A DNA stretch of 64,000 bases from positions 1,312,001 to 1,376,000 of the forward strand of contig CAWDOD010000002.1 of assembly GCA_963803805.1 (NCBI GenBank), in the 5' to 3' direction. This document shows, piece by piece, positions 8,686-18,672 of this stretch. The position numbers and the translations under genes are program-made. The notes beneath the pieces were generated by a model. The model was given only the letters and a program-made list of their open reading frames with translations. It was not told where the DNA came from and did no database searches. Within the stretch, counting starts at the first letter, position 1. Every line of letters begins with the position of its first letter. Origin of the DNA: an uncultured cyanobacterium. Lineage in GTDB: Bacteria; Cyanobacteriota; Cyanobacteriia; Cyanobacteriales; CAWCAG01.

Positions 8686-10083
8686 ATGGTGACAGAGAAA
8701 TTTCGCCACCAATTGCAGCAAGAAGCAAAACAGTGGCAAGAAGAAGGATTGATTGATTCTAGTTTGTATGAAAACTTAGCTACTCGCTATCAATTCAGTG
8801 AGTTAGAAACCTCAGCTAAAAACCGCTTTGTGATGATTATGCTAGGGCTAGGGAGTATCCTCCTAGGCTTAGCTATAATTACTTTTATAGCGGCTAATTG
8901 GCAGGTTTGGTCAAGGGAATTAAAAGTAGTTTTACTGCTAAGTTTGTTTATCCTCATCAACACAGCAGGCTTTTATCTCTGGCGGCAACCTACGCAATCC
9001 TGGCAATTCCGTTCGGGACAAGGATTGCTGCTGCTAGGATCTTTAGTATTAGGGGCAAACATAGCACTAATGTCTCAAATGTTCCACCAAACTGGGCCAG
9101 TTTATCAACTGTACCTTATTTGGGGTGCAGGAGTGCTAGTTATGGCTTATTTTTTAAGATCAACTTTCTTGGGAATCCTGGCTACTATCCTCATCACTAT
9201 CAGCCATGTTTGGGGATTGCAAGATATGTTGAGTTTCGGAATATTTTACGAACTTTCTTACCTAAACGCATTGCGACATATGCCTTTGTTGGCTAGTGTA
9301 GTTTTAATTCCCTTAGCTTATTGGTGTCGTTCACGCTGGATTTTTGGTATAAGTGCAGTCTTAATCGCCTTCTCCTTGCAAGCTAACCTAAGTTACTATT
9401 GGCAAATAGGATTTATAGCTGCGATCGCAGTTACTTTGCCCCCTGCCTTACTATGGGGCTATCAAGATTACTTTTGGTCAAATGATGATAGTGAAAGAGC
9501 AAGTTCGTTTGCACCCATCGCCCGTGGTTTAGCAATTTTTGACCTTAGTTTGCTATTTTACATCTTTTCCTTTCACTACCTCTGGTATAGACCTGGATCT
9601 GTATATGAATCAGCCCCAAACTTGTCATCTCAAGACTGGCTAACCTTATTAGATCCTTTCTTTCTCATAGCCATAGCCATACTTTTTTGGTTGCGTCTAA
9701 GCTATTCAGTCAATCGTCGTCGTTGGCATTTAGATTCTACATCTGTGGTTATTGCTGTGATGCTGTTAACTGCGGGCTTCATTTTTTGGTGGCATATCAG
9801 CATCAATTCTTTAGAAGTCTTAGCTACCGCAGTTTTTAATATCCTCTTAGGTTTATTAGGCATTGGCTTAATTCGAGAAGCTTTAGGGGATGGTAAAAGA
9901 CTAGGTTTTTGGTGGGGAATTATTTTGGTGGTAGTGCAGATTCTTTCTCGGATGTTGGAATACAACACTAGCTTAGTCTTTAAAGCAGTTGTCTTGTTCC
10001 TTTGTGGCATAGGTGTAATTGCTGCTGGGCTTTGGTTTGAACGCTATGTTAGAACCCTACGCAACCTACCAGAAGGTGGGTAA
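8686..10083 (+). CDS. DUF2157 domain membrane protein
   Basis: QEAKQWQEEGLI N-terminus, FIAANWQ, GANIALMSQMFH, many TM helices; upstream of GDYXXLXY gene. Confidence 0.85.
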   Translation: MVTEKFRHQLQQEAKQWQEEGLIDSSLYENLATRYQFSELETSAKNRFVMIMLGLGSILLGLAIITFIAANWQVWSRELKVVLLLSLFILINTAGFYLWRQPTQSWQFRSGQGLLLLGSLVLGANIALMSQMFHQTGPVYQLYLIWGAGVLVMAYFLRSTFLGILATILITISHVWGLQDMLSFGIFYELSYLNALRHMPLLASVVLIPLAYWCRSRWIFGISAVLIAFSLQANLSYYWQIGFIAAIAVTLPPALLWGYQDYFWSNDDSERASSFAPIARGLAIFDLSLLFYIFSFHYLWYRPGSVYESAPNLSSQDWLTLLDPFFLIAIAILFWLRLSYSVNRRRWHLDSTSVVIAVMLLTAGFIFWWHISINSLEVLATAVFNILLGLLGIGLIREALGDGKRLGFWWGIILVVVQILSRMLEYNTSLVFKAVVLFLCGIGVIAAGLWFERYVRTLRNLPEGG

Positions 10084-10129
10084 AATGCAAGATTGTTGAA
10101 GCAAAAAAGAAGCAAAAAAATTAAAAACC

Positions 10130-10759
10130 ATGAACTCTCCTCGTACTTCCTCCCCTTTAACCGCAGCTTGGCGTTTTTGGCTACCTTTGTGTTTGCAGAT
10201 TGTACTTATTTTAGCTATCCCTGCCCAAGCTGTTTACATTCATTTATCCGGGCAAACAGTTATACTGCAAACCGCCCCCGTAGATCCCTATGATTTCCTG
10301 CGGGGTTACTCCCAAACCTTAAGATACGAAGTCTCTCAATCAGAAACTTTCAAGGATTTGCCTGGGGCAAAAATTCTCTCACCAGACAACAACCAACAAA
10401 AGCAGCAACAAAAGCAGCAAAACATTGTCTATGTCACTTTGCAAGCCCCCGCTAATCCTAACTCTCCTTCAGGAAATCCGACACCTTGGCAACCTGTAGC
10501 CGTTAGTCGTAACCTGCCTGACAATTTGCTACCAAATCAAGTAGCCTTGCGGGGTGAACAGTATTACAATTCTATTGAATATGGTTTAGAAACCTATTAT
10601 TTCCCTGAAGATCGCCGCGACGAAATCAACAGCGATATTAGGCAAACTTTTGGTGATTCCAGCCAAGAACGACCTTTTGTGGTAGAAGTTAAAGTTGATA
10701 GTCGAGGTAATGCTGTGGCTGATAGTTTGTGGGTGCGCGATCACAAATATAAGTTTTAG
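10130..10759 (+). CDS. GDYXXLXY domain membrane-anchored protein
   Basis: LQTAPVDPYDFLRGYSQTLRY and YGLETYYFPE motifs. Confidence 0.85.
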   Translation: MNSPRTSSPLTAAWRFWLPLCLQIVLILAIPAQAVYIHLSGQTVILQTAPVDPYDFLRGYSQTLRYEVSQSETFKDLPGAKILSPDNNQQKQQQKQQNIVYVTLQAPANPNSPSGNPTPWQPVAVSRNLPDNLLPNQVALRGEQYYNSIEYGLETYYFPEDRRDEINSDIRQTFGDSSQERPFVVEVKVDSRGNAVADSLWVRDHKYKF

Positions 10760-10834
10760 CAAATTACCTCATGTTTGCTTCTTCAGATAGTTATCTTGAA
10801 CTTCTCATTTGTAACATAATTCTTTGCTTATCAA

Positions 10835-11944
10835 TTACTCATTCTCGCCCACAAAACTAGTAAAACTTTGCTCATTAATACTATCCCAAGCCATAATTTC
10901 TTCCCGAAATTTCTTCCACTGTTCGTACACTTCCTTGAAAGTATTATCCCCCCTAGCATTCTCTTCATAAATTTCAAAAGCCGCCTTTTGTGCTGCCTTG
11001 AGGACTGCTTTGGGATAAGCCTTAAACTTAGTTCCATTTGCTTTCAAAGTTGCTAAAGATTCCCGGTTCAAAGCTTCATATTGAGAAAGCATATTTAAGT
11101 TAGCTTCGGTTGCCGCAGTTTTCAATACTTCTTGATATTCTTCCGGTAACTTTTCCCATTCACTGAGGCTAACTTGCAAATCTAAGGTTGCGCCAGGTTC
11201 CCACCAACCGGGATAATAATAAAAAGGTGCAGCTTCATTTAGTCCTAACTTTAAATCATCGTAGGGACCAACCCATTCTGCTGCATCTATAGCCCCCCTT
11301 TCTAAAGCGAGGAAGATTTCTCCTCCGGGTAAAACTTGGGGATTAACCCCCAAACGTTCCATTACTTTACCCCCCAAGCCAGGAATACGCATTTTTAAAC
11401 CCTTAAGATCTTTGAGAGACTTAATTTCTTTTTTGAACCAGCCTCCCATTTGCGTACCCGTATTACCTGCGGGGAAATTAATAATATTAAACTCGGCATA
11501 AATTTTGTGCATGGCTTCTAAACCCCCGCCGTAGTAAAGCCAAGCATTTTGTTGTTGTGCCGTTAAGCCAAAGGGCATGGAAGTAGCGAAGCCCAGGGCT
11601 GGGTTTTTACCCACATAATAATAACTGGCTGTATGACCACATTGGGCTGTGCCAGATTGTACTGCATCCAAAACTTCCAACCCTGGTACAATTTCTCCAG
11701 CAGCATAGGGAGTGATTTTGAAGCGTCCCCCTGTCATAGCTTCAACGCGATCGCAGACTGTTTTAGCCCCGCCATAGATAGTATCCAAAGATTCTGGCCA
11801 ACTAGTGACCATATTCCATTCTATAGTGGGTAAATCTCCCGTTTGGGCAGTGCTGTTATTAGTGTCTCCTTGTTTGCAAGCTTCTAAGATAGCGGCACTA
11901 GTAACACCAACAGTTACATGACTAAAAAGTTGTCTGCGTTTCAT
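10835..11944 (-). CDS. TRAP transporter substrate-binding protein (DctP/TakP-like)
   Basis: RR-containing lipoprotein-like N-terminus, GNTGTQMGGWF, KMRIPGLGG, DAAEWVGPYDD, YYPGWWEPG. Confidence 0.9.
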   Translation of the reverse strand: MKRRQLFSHVTVGVTSAAILEACKQGDTNNSTAQTGDLPTIEWNMVTSWPESLDTIYGGAKTVCDRVEAMTGGRFKITPYAAGEIVPGLEVLDAVQSGTAQCGHTASYYYVGKNPALGFATSMPFGLTAQQQNAWLYYGGGLEAMHKIYAEFNIINFPAGNTGTQMGGWFKKEIKSLKDLKGLKMRIPGLGGKVMERLGVNPQVLPGGEIFLALERGAIDAAEWVGPYDDLKLGLNEAAPFYYYPGWWEPGATLDLQVSLSEWEKLPEEYQEVLKTAATEANLNMLSQYEALNRESLATLKANGTKFKAYPKAVLKAAQKAAFEIYEENARGDNTFKEVYEQWKKFREEIMAWDSINEQSFTSFVGENE

Positions 11945-12047
11945 CTGTTCTTCTCTTAATTAGTAATTATGGTAATTGCTAATTGCTCAGTTTAGGTAAC
12001 ATTAAGTAAAGTGAAGATATTAATAAATTAAGTTACTACTTACAACC

Positions 12048-12695
12048 ATGGTATTATTCGGATTCGGTAAAAAGCTCAACCTACCTAAACCTGAGCAAGC
12101 TTTACCAGGAAGAGATGAGCCTCTACAAGTGCCTGCTTCTCATTATGTTAATGGTAATCCCCTTAAGCCACCTTACCCAGAAGGAATGGCAAAGGCGGTG
12201 TTTGGTTTAGGCTGTTTTTGGGGCGCTGAACGCAAGTTTTGGCAATTAGAGGGGGTTTTCACCACTGCTGTAGGTTACGCGGGAGGATATACTCCTAACC
12301 CCACCTATGAAGAGGTTTGTAGCGGGATGACAGGACACAATGAAGTAGTCCTGGTGGTTTATGATCCGAAACAAATTAGCTATGAAGAATTACTAAAGGT
12401 ATTTTGGGAAAGTCATAACCCTACCCAAGGTATGCAACAAGGTAATGATGTTGGTACTCAGTATCGTTCCGGAATTTATGCTTATTCTGATGCTCAAAAA
12501 GAGTTAGCTAAAGCATCTGAAGAGACTTATCAGCAAGCTTTAACTAAGGCAGGTTTCGGGGAAATTAGTACAGAAATTATTACTGCCCCAGAGTTTTACT
12601 TTGCTGAAGGATACCATCAGCAGTATTTAGCTAAAAATCCCAATGGTTATTGTGGATTAGGAGGTACAAAAGTTAGCTGTCCGGCTTTAGTTTAA
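12048..12695 (+). CDS. msrA: Peptide-methionine (S)-S-oxide reductase
   Basis: GCFWG active site, [21 protein letters not shown]. Confidence 0.96.
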   Translation: MVLFGFGKKLNLPKPEQALPGRDEPLQVPASHYVNGNPLKPPYPEGMAKAVFGLGCFWGAERKFWQLEGVFTTAVGYAGGYTPNPTYEEVCSGMTGHNEVVLVVYDPKQISYEELLKVFWESHNPTQGMQQGNDVGTQYRSGIYAYSDAQKELAKASEETYQQALTKAGFGEISTEIITAPEFYFAEGYHQQYLAKNPNGYCGLGGTKVSCPALV

Positions 12696-12705
12696 AAGAA
12701 AAATA

Positions 12706-12832
12706 TATAGCAATTCTATGACTTGTGATGTACGGCATGGATTCTGGTTTTTTGCTAATAGCTAGTTGCTAGTTGAAGCGTAGAAATATAGAAATAGACC
12801 GAATTTACCTTATAAGTCCGAGAAACGCTATA
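12706..12832. mobile_element. MITE-like element, copy 2 (127 bp)
   Basis: Imperfect ~28-bp terminal inverted repeats starting TATAGC and ending GCTATA; no ORF; second copy at 8443. Confidence 0.65.
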
Positions 12833-12854
12833 AGTAAGGTGGACATCAACCACC

Positions 12855-13787
12855 TTACGAGTCTTTAATTATTTTGATTAGTTGCTCTTCATCAAGAATC
12901 GGCTCGTATTTTTCTTGCCTAATTTCATTACTTTTAATATCAATTCTTACACGCTTAATAAACCGTTTAAAATCCCTATTCATTACAGTTAGCTTATTTA
13001 CTGTATCCCAATCTAGATTTTCTCTTGTTTTTGCCGGAAATAATATATCACTTGAATTGGGATCTTCTATATCAAGTTTGATTACTCCAATTCCGAAAGA
13101 ACTTGATAATCTACCTAATTCTGTTTTGAAATCGGGATTTTGAGATATTTCTGTAGCAGCTAAATAGCTTTCATTTGCCCAAGATGAATTGGAGACAGTT
13201 TGAAAAAACTTCTCTCTTAATGTAGATAAGTTTAATTCTTTTTTGACTTCAAATGAAATGAATTTTACAGAGTTATTACCAATTGCTGAGCTTAACTCAA
13301 GAACTTCATTATCCCATTCATTGATAGGAAAAACACATCCAATCATATCAGGGTGAACCCATTGTCCAAAACTTTTCTGAGCAGATTTTGTATGATTGAT
13401 TGTTTGGCAATAGCAGTTTAGGGAATAAAAACTAAAGTAAGCTAGAAATGGGTGTAAATCTTTCTCAAAATATGATTTTGTAGCAATTGTCGTTTCTTCC
13501 TCTGTTTTTCCTTTTTCATATTCTTGAAAATCTAGATCATATTTTTTGTTTTTTAAATAAAATCGTTTCGGTCTTTCTCCAATAGTTTCAAAGATGGAGT
13601 CTGGATTATCTCTTGAAACCACATAAAGTTTAGCTCCTAACGTTGCCCAAGGCGTTTTTCCAGAACTATTTAACTGTTTGTCAAGTCCTTCTTCAACAGC
13701 TAATTCCCAAATTTCATTTGGTGTTAGGGGTCTATCTATCTTTATTAAAACTTTTTTAGCTAGTTCGTGAAATGTTATTTTATTCAT
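12855..13787 (-). CDS. HrgA-like (COG2958) protein: HARE-HTH plus restriction-endonuclease-like domain
   Basis: GKTPWATLGAKLY HTH, EKDLHPFL, WVHPDMIG, SFEVKKEL, FFQTVSNSSWANESYL; start placed at MNKITF. Confidence 0.8.
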   Translation of the reverse strand: MNKITFHELAKKVLIKIDRPLTPNEIWELAVEEGLDKQLNSSGKTPWATLGAKLYVVSRDNPDSIFETIGERPKRFYLKNKKYDLDFQEYEKGKTEEETTIATKSYFEKDLHPFLAYFSFYSLNCYCQTINHTKSAQKSFGQWVHPDMIGCVFPINEWDNEVLELSSAIGNNSVKFISFEVKKELNLSTLREKFFQTVSNSSWANESYLAATEISQNPDFKTELGRLSSSFGIGVIKLDIEDPNSSDILFPAKTRENLDWDTVNKLTVMNRDFKRFIKRVRIDIKSNEIRQEKYEPILDEEQLIKIIKDS

Positions 13788-13852
13788 TTGTAATACTAAA
13801 TCGGTGCTTAGGAGATTTATAATCTTAGCTTCTTTTTTCATTATTGAAAGCC

Positions 13853-14620
13853 ATGTTAACATTAAAAATATCCCAACAAAAACGAGAAGAGTTAGTTGAA
13901 TTATTAATTCAACAACTTAAGGAAAACTCTGATTTAAAAACCAAACAATGGTTCGATAATTACCTTAAGGGTGCTATTGAATACCGAGGTGTAAAAACAC
14001 CACAGGTAACTTCTTTAGTGAAGCAGTGGCATTCAGAAAATAAACTCTACAACTACGATACTAAAGAACAACTAACACTTTGTTCTGACTTAATCTCTAG
14101 CTCCTTTGCAGAAGATAAATTTGCCGGGACAATTTATCTTCAAAAGTTTCTGTTAAATAAAATCGACTATAAATTTTTATTAGCTAAGTTTGATTTACTC
14201 TTCAAACAAAGTTATTTCTTTGATTGGGCAACAACAGACTGGTTTTGTCATCGGGTTTTAGACCCAATCATTATTAAAAATGGTATCAATGCTGCTAAAA
14301 CTATAGCGAAATGGAGATATGCAGAGAACTTTTGGCAACGCCGGGCTTCTATCGTTTCTTTTAGACATGGCAGTCTCAATCAAGATTATCATCCTTTAAT
14401 TGAAGAAGTTGTTAACCATCTTGTCAAAGAAAATGAGCGTTTTATCCAAACAGGAATTGGTTGGGTTTTAGCTGATATGTCCAAGAAATATCCCCTTCAA
14501 GTAGAAGCTTTATTTCGCCAATATATTGATAATCTTAGCAAGGAAGTAATTGATCGCCACAGCAAACATCTTTACTGTCATCAAGAATTAAAACGACTGA
14601 AGAGGAAGTCAAGCCATTAA
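13853..14620 (+). CDS. DNA alkylation repair protein (AlkD-like HEAT-repeat family)
   Basis: YRGVKTP, DWATTDW, WRYAENFWQRRAS, ERFIQTGIGWVL. Confidence 0.85.
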   Translation: MLTLKISQQKREELVELLIQQLKENSDLKTKQWFDNYLKGAIEYRGVKTPQVTSLVKQWHSENKLYNYDTKEQLTLCSDLISSSFAEDKFAGTIYLQKFLLNKIDYKFLLAKFDLLFKQSYFFDWATTDWFCHRVLDPIIIKNGINAAKTIAKWRYAENFWQRRASIVSFRHGSLNQDYHPLIEEVVNHLVKENERFIQTGIGWVLADMSKKYPLQVEALFRQYIDNLSKEVIDRHSKHLYCHQELKRLKRKSSH

Positions 14621-14709
14621 AGCAACATAATGTTATCTTCGCAACTGCAACTGCTCAATAAATAAGCTATTTTAAATTTAGCGGTGCATTGAATTAATGG
14701 AGTTATAAC

Positions 14710-16431
14710 ATGACTGAAAATAGCTACGATGTTGTTATTTGTGGGGGGGGGTTGGCGGGATTAACCTTAGCCAGACAACTTAAATTAGAGATCCCTCATC
14801 TTTCTATTCTTATTCTCGACCGATTAACTAGACCTTTACCAGAAGTAACTAATAAAGTAGGAGAATCTACAGTTTATCCTGGGGCTTGTTATCTTAGCCA
14901 AGTTCTTCAGTTAGAAAAATACTTTGAGAGTGACCAATACATCTCTAAATTAGGTCTACGTTTCTTTTTTGGTAATGGTCACGATGAATTTCAAAATAGA
15001 CCAGAAGTCGGCTTAAGAGAATTTCAACCTGTCCCCCATTCTTACCAAATTAATCGTGGTAGGTTAGAAAATTATTTAAGGGAGTTAAATAGTTCCGCAG
15101 GTATCAAAATACTAGAAGGTTGCACCGTTAAAGATGTTCACCTTGGGGATACTTCAGAATCTCTTCATCAAATCACTTATACTCAAGGTTCTAATCATTG
15201 CACCCATAGTTGTCAAACCCCCTGGCTAATTGATGCCATGGGTCGTCGTCGGTTTTTACAAACTAAGCTAGGTTTGAGAAAAGCAAATGATCCGAGATTT
15301 AATGCTGTGTGGTTTCGGGTTAAGGGAAAAATTAACGTAGATGACTTTGTACCTGTTACGGAACAAAGTTGGCATAACCGCGTTCCCGGAGAAAAAAGAT
15401 ATCTTTCCACCAATCATTTATGTGGGCAAGGATATTGGATTTGGTTGATTCCTTTGGCTTCTGGACATACTAGCATCGGCATTGTTGCCCAAGAAAAGTT
15501 TCATCCCCTCCAGCAGCTTTGTAACTACGAACAAGCCTACCGTTGGTTAGGAAACCACGAACCTACTTTAGCATCTCGTCTTCAAGATAAAACTCCAGAA
15601 GACTTTATGAAGATGCCCAGGTATAGCTACTCAGCGACACAAATATTTTCTGAACAACGTTGGGGTTGTATAGGAGAAGCGGCAACTTTCCCCGATCCTT
15701 TTTACTCCCCTGGTATTGATTTAATCGCCTATGGCAACTCTTTATTAACCAAGCTGATTAAGCTAGAAAGGGAAAATAACCTTAGTACCAAAGTAGTTGA
15801 AGAAGCGAATCTCTTTTACTTAGCTTTTAGCGATAGTACAGCTTCCTTTATTCAAGAAGTTAATTATGCTTGTTTAGATCAAGGGGGAATAATGGCCATG
15901 AAATTTATTTGGGATATTGCGGCCTTTTTAAGTTCCTTTGCCCCTATTGTTATGAATACTCCCTATCTTGCTTGGGAAGAACATAGTCAAGTTTGGTACA
16001 GTGCTGCGATGAAATTTCCTAGCTTAGGAATGGCGATGGGCAGATTATGTTTAGATTGGGCTAATAAATCTCAAGGTAAGCTGGCTTATGAATTTATTGA
16101 TTATGGTAAGCTATCTTTCTTAAAAGAATTGAGAGAGCGTAATCTGCAAGCTAATAAACCTATTAGTGAGTTGATAGCTGATTTAGAAAGAAATTACCAA
16201 CGTTTAGAAGAATTAGCACAGGTAATTTTTCTTTTGGCTATAGAAGATACAATGCCAGAATTACGGAGTAAGTTTTCCGCACCAATTTGGCTTAATGTTC
16301 AAGCTATGAGTTTAGAGCCTAGCTGTTGGGAAACTGAAGGCTTGTTTAAACCAACATCGCAACCTCGTGATTTACAACCTCTGCAAAAAGATTTTGACCA
16401 GTTTAAAATGAGAATTCCTGCCTCAATATAG
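14710..16431 (+). CDS. Flavin-dependent halogenase-like FAD oxidoreductase
   Basis: GGGLAG Rossmann motif, KVGEST, WIWLIPL (WxWxIP halogenase signature), FPDPFYSPG. Confidence 0.75.
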   Translation: MTENSYDVVICGGGLAGLTLARQLKLEIPHLSILILDRLTRPLPEVTNKVGESTVYPGACYLSQVLQLEKYFESDQYISKLGLRFFFGNGHDEFQNRPEVGLREFQPVPHSYQINRGRLENYLRELNSSAGIKILEGCTVKDVHLGDTSESLHQITYTQGSNHCTHSCQTPWLIDAMGRRRFLQTKLGLRKANDPRFNAVWFRVKGKINVDDFVPVTEQSWHNRVPGEKRYLSTNHLCGQGYWIWLIPLASGHTSIGIVAQEKFHPLQQLCNYEQAYRWLGNHEPTLASRLQDKTPEDFMKMPRYSYSATQIFSEQRWGCIGEAATFPDPFYSPGIDLIAYGNSLLTKLIKLERENNLSTKVVEEANLFYLAFSDSTASFIQEVNYACLDQGGIMAMKFIWDIAAFLSSFAPIVMNTPYLAWEEHSQVWYSAAMKFPSLGMAMGRLCLDWANKSQGKLAYEFIDYGKLSFLKELRERNLQANKPISELIADLERNYQRLEELAQVIFLLAIEDTMPELRSKFSAPIWLNVQAMSLEPSCWETEGLFKPTSQPRDLQPLQKDFDQFKMRIPASI

Positions 16432-16505
16432 CAATTATTAGTACCATGAGCTACGAGCTAGACGTTGATAAGCTTTAATTAAATTTAGCAACTAGCAACT
16501 AGCCA

Positions 16506-17255
16506 TTAGCCATTAGCTTTTGGATCAGCTTTTTCTTCCCCCTTTCTCAAACTTACAACCTCACCAATCACCATAACCGCAGGAGAAAGAGTAAAATCTT
16601 GGGTTTCTTCTACTATGGTTGCTAAAGTTCCTTGCCAAATCTCTTGGTTGGGGCGATCGCAATTACGTATAATCGCAATGGGAAAATCAGCAGAGCGTCC
16701 ATTTTCCTGTAGCTTTTGGACAATAAGCCCTAAATTACGTCCTCCCATCAAAATAACCAAAGTATCCAATCGAGACAAAGCCTCCCAGTCTAACAACTCT
16801 GGATCATGGGCGCTCATCACCGCAAAACAACTACTTAAATCCTTATCTGTTAAAGGTATACCTGCAAGTAAAGGTGCAGCAAGGGCTGAGGAAAGACCAG
16901 GAATAACCTCAAAATCACAACTTGCCTCTCGTAAAGCTGTCATTTCTGGTTGGGCGCGACCGAAAATAAACGGATCACCACTTTTAAGACGTATAACTTG
17001 CTTACCCTGTTGACAATAATCTACCAGTAATTGGTTGATTTTAGCTTGAGGAGTACTAGGGCGATCGCCTCGTTTGCCCACATCTAACTTGACACAACTA
17101 GGAGGTACTAACTCCAAAAGTTGGGGGTCTATCAAAGCATCATAAATCAAAACCTCCCCTTGTGCCAATAACTCTTTCCCCCGCCAAGTAAGGTAAGCAA
17201 CGCTACCGGGGCCAGCCCCCAATAAATAAACTTTGCCGTATTTATTCTTTGTCAT
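16506..17255 (-). CDS. cobA: Uroporphyrinogen-III C-methyltransferase
   Basis: VYLLGAGPG, YDAL, RLKSGDPFIFGR, VIPGLSSALAAP..AGIPLT. Confidence 0.93.
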   Translation of the reverse strand: MTKNKYGKVYLLGAGPGSVAYLTWRGKELLAQGEVLIYDALIDPQLLELVPPSCVKLDVGKRGDRPSTPQAKINQLLVDYCQQGKQVIRLKSGDPFIFGRAQPEMTALREASCDFEVIPGLSSALAAPLLAGIPLTDKDLSSCFAVMSAHDPELLDWEALSRLDTLVILMGGRNLGLIVQKLQENGRSADFPIAIIRNCDRPNQEIWQGTLATIVEETQDFTLSPAVMVIGEVVSLRKGEEKADPKANG

Positions 17256-17304
17256 AAGTAATCAGGATTAAGATAGAAAATAGCAAAACAAAAGCGAAGA
17301 CCTC

Positions 17305-18582
17305 ATGACTTCAACCCTGCTCAAATCTCCACCTTTAAATGCTCCCACAGTTCGTAAATTACCTAATGGTTTAACCATTGTCGCAGAGCAAATGCCTGTA
17401 GATGCTGTTAATTTAAATATCTGGTTTAATGTTGGTTCCGCTTTAGAGTCTGATGCTATTAATGGTATGGCTCATTTTTTGGAGCATATGATCTTTAAAG
17501 GTACATCTCGTTTAAAATGTGGTGAATTTGAACGCTTAATTGAAGAGCGAGGCGCAGTAACTAATGCTGCCACTAGCCAAGATTATACCCACTACTACAT
17601 TACCACTGCACCCAAGGATTTTGCGACCTTAGCACCCCTGCAACTTGAGGTGGTAATGAATCCTAGTATTCCCGATGAAGACTTTGCTAAAGAGCGTTTG
17701 GTTGTCTTAGAAGAGATTCGCCGTTCTCAAGATAATCCTGGCCGTCGCACCTATCATCGCGCCATGGAAACTTGTTTTACCAAGTTACCCTATAGTCGCC
17801 ATGTTTTAGGCCCTGCGGAGGTTATTGAGCAGCTTCAACCTCAACAAATGCGCGACTTTCATGGCTCTTGGTATCAACCCCAGTCTATGACGGCGGCGGT
17901 GGTTGGGAATCTACCGGTGGAGGAATTAATTAGCATTGTTGCTGAAGGTTTACCTACCCTAGATCGTCCTTTCCTGCCCCTGCCTCCTCGTCCTCAATTA
18001 GAATCAGAAACTCCCTTTGCAACTATTGTACGCCAAGAAGCAGTGGAAGAAAGGTTGCAACAGGCGCGGTTGGTGATGTGTTGGCGAGTTCCCGGCATGG
18101 CACAATTAGAACAAACCTATGCTTTAGATGTCCTAGCAGTAATTTTAGGACAAGGGAAACTTTCGCGACTATTCCGGGACTTACGAGAAGAACGAGGTTT
18201 AGTATCTCATATCGGAGCAAGTAACTTAACCTATGCACTCCAAGGAGTGTTTTATATTTCTGCTCTCTTACCTCCAGAAAACCTCCCAGAAGTGGAACAG
18301 GCGATCGCCCAACACATCAGCAAGTTGCAAACGGAATTAGTCGCAACAGCAGATATTGAACGCATCCGCACCTTAGTCGCAAATCGTTTTATTTTCGGCA
18401 ACGAAAAACCCAGCGCCCGTGCCAACCTTTATGGCTATTACCAATCTCAATTAGGAGATTTAGCGCCGGCTATGGATTACACCAAAAAGATCCAAGCTTT
18501 GGAACCAGAAGATTTACAAAAAGCGGCACAACGCTATCTAACCAAAGATGCTTACGGAGTAATAGCTGTAAAACCAGCTTAG
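17305..18582 (+). CDS. M16 family zinc peptidase
   Basis: Inverted zinc motif HFLEH, NAATSQDYTHY. Confidence 0.92.
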   Translation: MTSTLLKSPPLNAPTVRKLPNGLTIVAEQMPVDAVNLNIWFNVGSALESDAINGMAHFLEHMIFKGTSRLKCGEFERLIEERGAVTNAATSQDYTHYYITTAPKDFATLAPLQLEVVMNPSIPDEDFAKERLVVLEEIRRSQDNPGRRTYHRAMETCFTKLPYSRHVLGPAEVIEQLQPQQMRDFHGSWYQPQSMTAAVVGNLPVEELISIVAEGLPTLDRPFLPLPPRPQLESETPFATIVRQEAVEERLQQARLVMCWRVPGMAQLEQTYALDVLAVILGQGKLSRLFRDLREERGLVSHIGASNLTYALQGVFYISALLPPENLPEVEQAIAQHISKLQTELVATADIERIRTLVANRFIFGNEKPSARANLYGYYQSQLGDLAPAMDYTKKIQALEPEDLQKAAQRYLTKDAYGVIAVKPA

Positions 18583-18629
18583 AATTTGGGGACTGCCTAA
18601 AGTATTATTGATCACGGAGAACTGATAAC

Positions 18630-18657
18630 TGTACGGCATTGCCGTTATTGTAAACAT
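18630..18657 (-). repeat. 28-bp short dispersed element, C-subtype (degenerate)
   Basis: TGTACGGCATTGCCGTTATTGTAAACAT between TGATAAC and TGATCAT heptamers. Confidence 0.55.
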
Positions 18658-18672
18658 CATTGATCATTGAAG

